Positions 56,101 through 64,000 of a stretch of 64,000 bases of DNA are shown here, piece by piece. Numbering within the stretch: the stretch's first letter is position 1; every line of letters begins with the position of its first letter. A program made the position numbers and the translations under genes. Under the pieces are notes generated by a model, which worked only from the letters and a program-made list of their open reading frames with translations, had not been told where the DNA came from and searched no databases. The stretch comes from Pavona decussata. Lineage: Eukaryota. The DNA lies in the NCBI GenBank assembly GCA_977016875.1, contig CDRNST010000180.1:2170001-2234000 (forward strand), written 5' to 3'.

Positions 56101-59100
56101 GTACAACTGGATTATGTCATCCAATGACTTTTTATTTGTGTCAGAAAAACTGACGCCCTCTGCACTATAATATTTTATCGACGGCCAAAAATAAACTTTC
56201 ATTCCTTTTAACATCTCTGTCGTCAAATTAACTTTAAATTAACAAATTGTAACTAAATAAAGACAACATATTTTTTAAGTGCCAAGGGGACTTGAATGGT
56301 TAACCAACATCCTGTTTAGACAAATCAAAACCGAGCTTAAAAAATAGCACTGCACGAATGTCCGCCTTTATTCATACAGTAAACACAGCGAATAGCACCG
56401 TGCAAAAAGAGTATGCACCCTGAGTATAGAGCAGATCTATTGGCTAACATTTGCAATAGGAGGACTCAGTGTTCCCCCATGAAAAGTTGCATGTATGTAA
56501 ATCTGCAGGTAGGGTCTCTCAACATATGAGCTATATCGCCGGTATATTGTTGGTTCCGGAAAGGCTATTAATATCTGTGCAGTAGGGGTTAGTCGGAAAC
56601 GGGGTATGAAAAGATTCTATCAGGATACGGTTAATATAAACTAACTTTTCTAGCCCTTTTTTTTAGGTTAAGGATGGGTCTGTTAGCATCTCTTCCACCG
56701 CCCTTCGGCGAGTTTCGTCATCGCATTTCGACCAACTCCACCCTCCCTATGTTTACAAATTAGCATGATATATAAACTGAAATAACTGAACTCTTGACAT
56801 TTAGTCTGCAAAAGAAGTTTTTAAAGAGCTTCAGGATCTGGTATGTCAGGCATTCTTTTGTTAAGGGTGTTCGTTTCTAAAGATACTGCGGTGCTGCGTC
56901 CGTGGGGAGAAGAAACAAATGTTTGGTTTATCAACAGAGTTGATAACTAAAGGTAAATTGGCGGCCACCGTAAAGAGATTCCGAGTGCTGACACTTCAAG
57001 CGTTGGCTCTTCGTCAGAGCGAAGTAAACTCTACAAGTTATTTGAATTTTACTACACGACGGCTAAGTGAGTGAAAAATCCAATTTCCGTTTACAGAGCT
57101 TAACATATCCTTATCAACTTAATTCTTGACCAATCTATCTTACTCTCTTGTTCTCTTACAAAGATACGGAAGCACGGTTCGTCTAACTGTTCCGTTTTGT
57201 GGGTTTGCCGCAAACAAAAAGGTGACATTTCCACTGTAACGGACGGATTGTAAATACATTCTGTTGAAACAAGGCAGGAAGGAAGTACAAGACAAAGAAA
57301 TCCTGACGGGTATCTTTCGTCTTTATAATAATCTAACATCAGCGGCTTCTTACGGTTCAACTCGGTGGATATCTGTTCGCCGGGAAAGCCTTAATCGCTT
57401 CAGAAATTCGGATTTAATTGTTAGGAAATTCTTAAAGGGAAGTATCATGGGGTTTTTGATATCTTTTGTTAAAAATACTGAAACAAGACCTTCAACCAGC
57501 TGCCAAATAATTCTAGACTGACGAGAGGAAAGAAATCAACTCAATTCTTGAAAGAAACAACTCGTGATCTGTTCTATCGCATTTTGGAAACAAAAATGCG
57601 AGAACTTGAAAAACATTAGCCTAACATTTTTCAAGTTTCAATCCATACCGACCGTACTCTCTGGTTGGTCAGAGGCACTAAACGACAGTTTTATTGCACT
57701 GGGGTGATAATTTATAACAAAACAAGACAGCTATTTTTTTGTTTCTGTTGTCAGACAAACATTTTTGGGTTTTGAAACGTCATCAAATTTTCGTGATACT
57801 TCACCTTTAATCGCCTTAGAAATTCGGATTTAGTTAAGTTGTGAAGAAATTCTTAAGTTTTCTTTTGCAAGATGTCAGATCAAAATTTCGTAACACTGAA
57901 GAACTAATTCCTTTCGTTTTCGAAGAAAATAAACATTCATTTGATTGAAGAGACAAATATGTAGTAAAGATACGGGAAAAGGTCAGCTAGCACTTTCATA
58001 AAGCCAACAACAAACAGCCGTAAATTCAGGGGAAAAGGGCAGGAAACGATCTGGAAGCACGCGTACGAGACATGTTTTAAAGGCTTAGATGTTATCGTCG
58101 GATGTCCCTCTAACATGCATGGTGCTTCCGATTATGATTTGGTTTCCGTCCTGAGGAAATTAGCGCTATGAAGGTAAACCTCGGCAAAATCTGAAGAAAT
58201 CATTCAAGAAAATTTCAGCGCCGTTGCTAGTGAACCTTAATTTTTTCTGTTGTTGCTCCAGCCGAGTATCGTTGTAATAGCGGCCATGCCTGAGATACAA
58301 GAAAGTTTGCACTTTTATCACGAGTCCTTTCCACCAACCAAACAACTTGTGAAACGAGAAGAAATTTAATTTAAACTTTTATTTGAAAACTTAACATCGT
58401 ATCTTGGCTTACGCCCGTTTCCAGCTTATTTCCAGCCCACGCGTGGCGCAGGTTGCTCGTAGCTTCTAGCGCTTTAGTACCAGTTGTATGTTTTCCCGCG
58501 CTTGAAACCGGTTACATGTTTTTCTGCACTTGGCACTTGTTCGATCTCGCTCTTGGTACGGCGGTTGCATGATTGCAAACTTATTTTTGTAATCCACATC
58601 TAAGGAGATATATTGGGAATATTAATTCTACAGGTTAACATTGTTAAAAGGAAGAAATGTGTCGATTTCAGTAAGGCAAAAATCATTAGAGTCCAAATGA
58701 TTTCGATTTCTTTCACTTTAATATCGTAAATAAATATGAAAAAGTCAAAATAAACTTCTCAATATCGTGAAGTATTTTAATTTTGTTAGGTTTTATATCG
58801 TTCCCTCCAAATTGTTAATAATTCGTTGATGATTAAGAATAACAAGTGGCTTTTAGACTGAAAAAAGACGTCAGTAAATTAGGAAGAAAAGAATAGAATA
58901 ATAGACAAAACATTGGGGACAATTTCCGTAAGCCTGCCTCCCACATTCATCTAAAACACCATGCATTGCCTTGACAACAGTCAAGAGAGTCTCGAACCCA
59001 CGAAACTGACAAGCATATTGAAGGCCAAGTTCAATGTAGGCGAAGTCAAACGTTTATTTTTGTTCAGTCTGATTAATCAGTAAAATAAGATTCAAATCCC

Positions 59101-59175
59101 CAGGCTAACAGACTAATTCAGTCATGAAAGATAGCATATATCGTGTATATTTTGTTCGCTGATTTCGTTGAAGTG

Positions 59176-59523
59176 AGAACAGTTTTCAAAAGACTGTCAT
59201 TTAGAAACCATGGCTGTGAATAATACTAAAAGCACCAAGCAAAGCTCAAAACAAGCTGTCATTAGCTGAATGGTGAGGGGCGAAGTGCGAAGCGGGAAAA
59301 AATCTGCAACCGGTGACAATGCTCATTGGTTGCCAAAACGCGCGCCACTTTCTTAACCAATGAGAAAAAAACTACTCGCGTGCGTTTTCCCGCGCTTGGC
59401 GCCGGTTACATGTATTTGCTTCGAGTTGATACTGATTGGTTCATTGCGTTGTTTACGTCTGTTCTGATTGATTGGAGTAATTACTATGGTTTTGATTTTA
59501 CGACACTCGTTTGAAAGCTGCTC
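59176..59523. mobile_element. MITE-like element
   Basis: Ends AGAACAGTTTTCAAA...TTTGAAAGCTGCTC. The internal TTTTCCCGCGCTTG...CCGGTTACATG motif recurs at ~58490. Confidence 0.6.
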
Positions 59524-60734
59524 CTATGAGTGCTGTAAAATTTTTAGCGCCTCTGATCTTGAATGAATTTTTTCTCACATTGTCTCTTATTACAGTCCAC
59601 TGAATTTAAGCCCCGCCAAATGTTTTTAGTTGCTTTAGAATAAGGCTAAATAAAAAACTGTCATAATATGAACATTTTTTTATTGTAAATATAGCAGACC
59701 CATCACTACATCAATGAATAAACCTACCAAGACGTTCGCTTTCCTACGTCTTTTTTCTATCAGCTAAATTTCTAAATCTCTTTGTTTTTAGTGATGTGTA
59801 CCTTGTCGGTTGGGACATGAGATCACTGACGTATTGCGTGTAGAGAAACCCTGGTTATAATTTTTTGCAAAGAAAGAGAGCGATTTTACGTTTACGCACT
59901 GTGATTACGGGAATATGCTAAACAATATTTGAAACGCTTCTTGGTTAATAGACCTCGCGTTACAATTATAACTGAGCCGTAAAACTTCTACGCTGAACTG
60001 TGATACTACTTTGTCACATATCGTCCTGTTTTTCAGCGGTAATCAATATGCCCGATTTTTTCACACAGCCTGAATCAGTGACTAATACCAGTTTCAGTTT
60101 ATAAAACGTTCTTGAATACAACACGCACTTTCTAGTTCAATACGAATGTTTTTAAATATTGTTTGGTATTCATTGTTTAGAATTCAAAAGCGACGTTCAT
60201 TGACTCAGCTGCCAACTCGAGCTCATATTTGTTGATATAATCAGAGATATATATAATTCCAGGCCCTCGGTGCCGCTTCTTATTATCTACCTTTACGAAC
60301 ACACTTGGTCCGTTGGCTGTATCAGTTTTGAATATCTTACTTCCGTGGTAGAATATTCCGCTAATCTCGGAAAATTTTAAATCAGCGCGCGCACATTCTC
60401 AGTGGGAACTCTTTAGGTTACCAAGGCTTTTAGTCACAAGACTCAAGGTGCATACGAAAATCGGCCGATGCACGTGCTCTGTCTTCCAAATATGGAAACG
60501 CAATGTGAACATGACCAATGAGCAATTCCCGGATGCACGTGAGTCGTGTTCAATACTGTACCTTGGCGGGAAAAAGTCCAGAGTACGGTACCAAAACAAA
60601 CCTAGATCCTGTACAACCGGTCTAGCCTTGGACTTCCAAGGAATACAAAATAAAGAGACACTAAAATAATATTATCATACCACGGAGCATTTTGTATCAG
60701 TGGTAAGAATTTTGTTACGCCTTAAAGCTCCAAG

Positions 60735-61430
60735 ATGGATCTTTGCGTGAAAATTTTGAACGACACCGAATCTGTGAACTCAGCGAAACGTCTTTTGTAC
60801 GATGTCTATATCCACGAGATGGGTTGGGACTTTCGTGACGATAACCCAACTGGTTTTCGCATCGATAAAGACAAACGAAACGAGCCGATTCTTTGTGATG
60901 TTTTTGATGATGATGCCGTCTGGTTCGGCGCCTACAAAGAAGACAAAATAATTGGAGTAACTCGCGCAGTACAACGAAGTAACGCCCTTGGGAAGCTCGA
61001 CCTGGAGCTGTATCCGGCGAGTGGACTACCTTCCATGAAAAGAATTTTACAAGGAAGTAATGGTCATAAATTGGTAGAAGTGCAGCGAGGTGCAGTTTTG
61101 AAGGACTACAGAAAAACACAGCCAAGCATTATCCAGTTACTCCTTTTATACGTGTTTGGTTACGCGCAAGAGAAAGAACTCAGTGTTGTGTGTCCCACCG
61201 TATTCCCCGTATTAGAGACTTTATTTAGCCGCGCTGGTATGCAGTTGGTGGAAAAAAATTTCACCTACGGTGAAGGAGGCGAGGAGTGGCCCACTTTTAT
61301 CTTCTACTGTTCCTCAGCTGAGTTGGCGCAAGTTGCGAGGAGATTAAAAATAGCGGGAGGAAAACGGAAATCAAGCTTCTTACAAGAAAGAGGACAGCAA
61401 GCTAAACGACGCAAATTTCTTGTCGTCTAA
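60735..61430 (+). CDS. Intronless GNAT-fold acyltransferase, LuxI / N-acyl amino acid synthase (FeeM)-like, 231 aa
   Basis: Longest ORF in the window, with AAGATGG start context. Ordered motifs AKRLLYDVYIHEMGW, DVFDDDAVWFGAY, IIGVTR, LDLELY, LVEVQRGAVLKDYRK and LFSRAGM parallel the LuxI/NAS pattern. AATAAA at ~61751. Confidence 0.75.
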   Translation: MDLCVKILNDTESVNSAKRLLYDVYIHEMGWDFRDDNPTGFRIDKDKRNEPILCDVFDDDAVWFGAYKEDKIIGVTRAVQRSNALGKLDLELYPASGLPSMKRILQGSNGHKLVEVQRGAVLKDYRKTQPSIIQLLLLYVFGYAQEKELSVVCPTVFPVLETLFSRAGMQLVEKNFTYGEGGEEWPTFIFYCSSAELAQVARRLKIAGGKRKSSFLQERGQQAKRRKFLVV

Positions 61431-62039
61431 CTCCAGGATTTTCAAAGGGAAAGGGTCGGGCAATTTTCAGCAGCGGGTTAACTTATAAATTTCTGATATT
61501 TTTAAAAGTTATATGTCGGTAAAAGAAATATGGAAAAGATTTATTTGATATCAGTTGTGCATGATATTATTTGATATTGTATATACCGGTACAGCGGTAA
61601 AAGAAAATATGGAAAATATTTCATTGATATTCAAGTTGTGGGTAGCAACTTCATTCAAGAGATCGACAGAAAAATTTGCATCCCTCATCAAATTCAAAAC
61701 CCACATATTATCTTTAGTAAAGTACACTAAAGAGAAATAACCCGTAATTGAATAAAGGAGCTAAATTAAAACATGTTTGACCATTTGTTGTATTGTTTTA
61801 CCCGAAACATCATTTAACTATTTATTTTCCATTGTACTTACGATTGTTAAAAATGTCAATTTTCATGTTTTCTTTGTTTAAAGTTATTAACTATAACTGA
61901 AGACAAGATTATTGTTTTTCAATTATTGCACCGGAGCTTGCACAACCGAAAGCTCAAAACGCTTTGTACTGTATCCAGACCGTGAACCGTCCCGGCACAT
62001 AAAAATATTTTCGTTTTCCTATTTGTAATTATTTTCTTT

Positions 62040-62238
62040 NNNNNNNNNNNNNNNNNNNNNNNNNNNNNNNNNNNNNNNNNNNNNNNNNNNNNNNNNNNNN
62101 NNNNNNNNNNNNNNNNNNNNNNNNNNNNNNNNNNNNNNNNNNNNNNNNNNNNNNNNNNNNNNNNNNNNNNNNNNNNNNNNNNNNNNNNNNNNNNNNNNNN
62201 NNNNNNNNNNNNNNNNNNNNNNNNNNNNNNNNNNNNNN
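62040..62238. other. Assembly gap (~200 N)
   Basis: Run of N. Confidence 0.99.
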
Positions 62239-62322
62239 TAGAAAAACTATTTACAAATTCTCACCTATTTACAAATAATAATATATGACCAATTCACATT
62301 CCACCATCGTAGACTAAAATTT

Positions 62323-62499
62323 TGATGATGATGATAATAATAATAATCATCATCATCATCATCATAAAGAAAAAACAAATTTCATAGAGTTACAATAATT
62401 TTCTTATTTGTAATAAAAAACCATATGGTCGTATTCTGACTAAAAATATTTGGAAGTAAAAATAAGCTCCTTAAGGAAAAACAGTTCTTATTTAAAATC

Positions 62500-62530
<31 letters not shown>

Positions 62531-62551
62531 AATAATAATAATAATAATAAT
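62323..62551 (+). repeat. Two compound (ATC/GAT)n-(AAT)n microsatellites
   Basis: Direct reading at ~62323-62365 and ~62500-62551. Confidence 0.9.
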
Positions 62552-63024
62552 TTACAAGAGGCTAATAACTACGGGTGGAAACAAACTTCTGTAACCAACA
62601 ATGACCTCTAGAAAGTTTGCTTTAATGAAAAAAAAAACAAAGAAAAGTTACATTAGCTGATGTGAAAACTGTTAACACGCCGGGTAACTGATCTGAAATC
62701 AAATTCAAGGAACAAACAAACAAAACGTCCTTGCGCGCGAGGAGGGTGGTAACCTCGAGTGGAGCGCGGGGACGAGCGCGCGCAGTGTGAAACTCGGCCT
62801 AGTCCCCGCGCATGTTGATCGCTAGGTGATCGGAACAATTAACCGATTAAGCAGATTAGGCAAAGCAGCAATTACAACGTCAATCATTTTTTTTATCACC
62901 TTAAATACTCAATTGACTAAGACGGTTACACAATGAAATTGTGACCCGGGATTAATTGAGGGTCACTTAAAACTCAAGCGCACGCGTTTAAGCTGCTTTC
63001 TGTTCAATCTGTGCACTCCAAAAC

Positions 63025-63283
63025 ATGGAAAAACATTCTCCCAAACTCTCCTTTTCAATAAGCCGGCTTCTTGGAACAACAGACGAGACAGATCCCGTGG
63101 AAATGAAGGATAATTCCTCGAATATCGGAGAGAGGAGCTTACAGTGTGGCCAGGCCGAATCTGCACAACAGAACAAAGTCGAACAACTCACGGTGAATTC
63201 GCAGAGCAAGGGACACGAAGAGCGATGTATTTATCCTTGGATGACTCAGTTTAACAGGCGTAGCAAGGGAAAGAAAAAGAGAA
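63025..63283 (+). CDS. Exon 1 of a third ANTP-class homeobox gene; homeobox exon not found in this window
   Basis: AACATGG start context, eh1-like FSISRLL (aa 10-16), hexapeptide IYPWM, then a probable phase-1 donor AA|GTAAGG at 63284. Same architecture as the Anthox7/8 exon 1. Confidence 0.75.
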
Positions 63284-64000
63284 GTAAGGGAAATATTGTT
63301 GTTTATCGGTGAAAATAAGATACCATGCAACTCAGTGCCTTGTTAACACAGACATTAACTAGACAGCTTGACAAGTCTTTGCTAACAAGGCGACTGTAAC
63401 AACAAGGGTTTAGATAAAACTGAGTTTTGCTTTTATACTTAGAGCCATATTCGTCGGCTTCGGCGCTCTGACTTGTTGGCAACGTTAGGGACGATTTTAG
63501 ATAACAAATTTGCCAGAAACGCATCACAGCTTGAAGTCGAAATGCTAATTCTGCACTGCCAGAATCAACGAATTTTCTTCCATGGTTAGCGGGAAAAAAA
63601 AAGTTTCCAAAGTAGCTCAAATTCATACCGGTTTAACATTTGTGGTGAATGCAATATAGCAATGTGCTAATTCTGATGTAAAACACGGCCTTTCAGCTCA
63701 GATAACAATACATGGACTAACAGAGTAAATTACCCTCTAACAACACTGAACAGCCCGTTCCAAGTGACAGTCTCACACATTGTAAATAATGGTTGCAATC
63801 CTGAATGAGCTGTGTGGACCGACAGAATTTAGGTCAGCTGATAGTATTTTGCGATATAGTGTCCTTTCTAACAGTTTTGTTTCGCTTCCAGCCCACTCAC
63901 AACATGTTCAGTCTCAAATCGGTCCAGACCATGAAAATGTCTAAAGAGGTGTTTCGTCAACCTCGAATATCATGTGCCAAAACCGCTGACTGTTATGAAT

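Noticed and set aside
61515-61645. Short direct duplication downstream of the acyltransferase (also 57390/57806 and a 17-bp x3 repeat at 24542)
   Set aside because: Ordinary local duplications with no evident function.

Overview
AT-rich animal genomic DNA, most likely from a stony coral (anthozoan), spanning part of a cnidarian Hox cluster. Two complete two-exon homeobox genes lie on the - strand: an Anthox7/8 (Hox2-like, HoxC/D-type) gene at 31.5-33.0 kb and an Anthox1a (HoxE-type) gene at 52.0-52.9 kb. Exon 1 of a third, divergently oriented ANTP-class gene with eh1 and YPWM motifs starts at 63025, beyond an assembly gap. Four identical tRNA-Glu(TTC) genes, nested palindromic repeats and a Penelope GIY-YIG fragment sit between the two Hox genes. 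The most unexpected element is an intact, intronless 231-aa ORF at 60735-61430. It has the motif layout of bacterial LuxI / N-acyl amino acid synthase (GNAT-fold) acyltransferases plus a C-terminal bipartite NLS-like tail, and it is embedded in the Hox cluster. The first 31 kb is gene-poor and holds a ~106-bp tandem/dispersed repeat, MITE-like elements and LINE tails. Orthology names come from motif recognition, not database searches.
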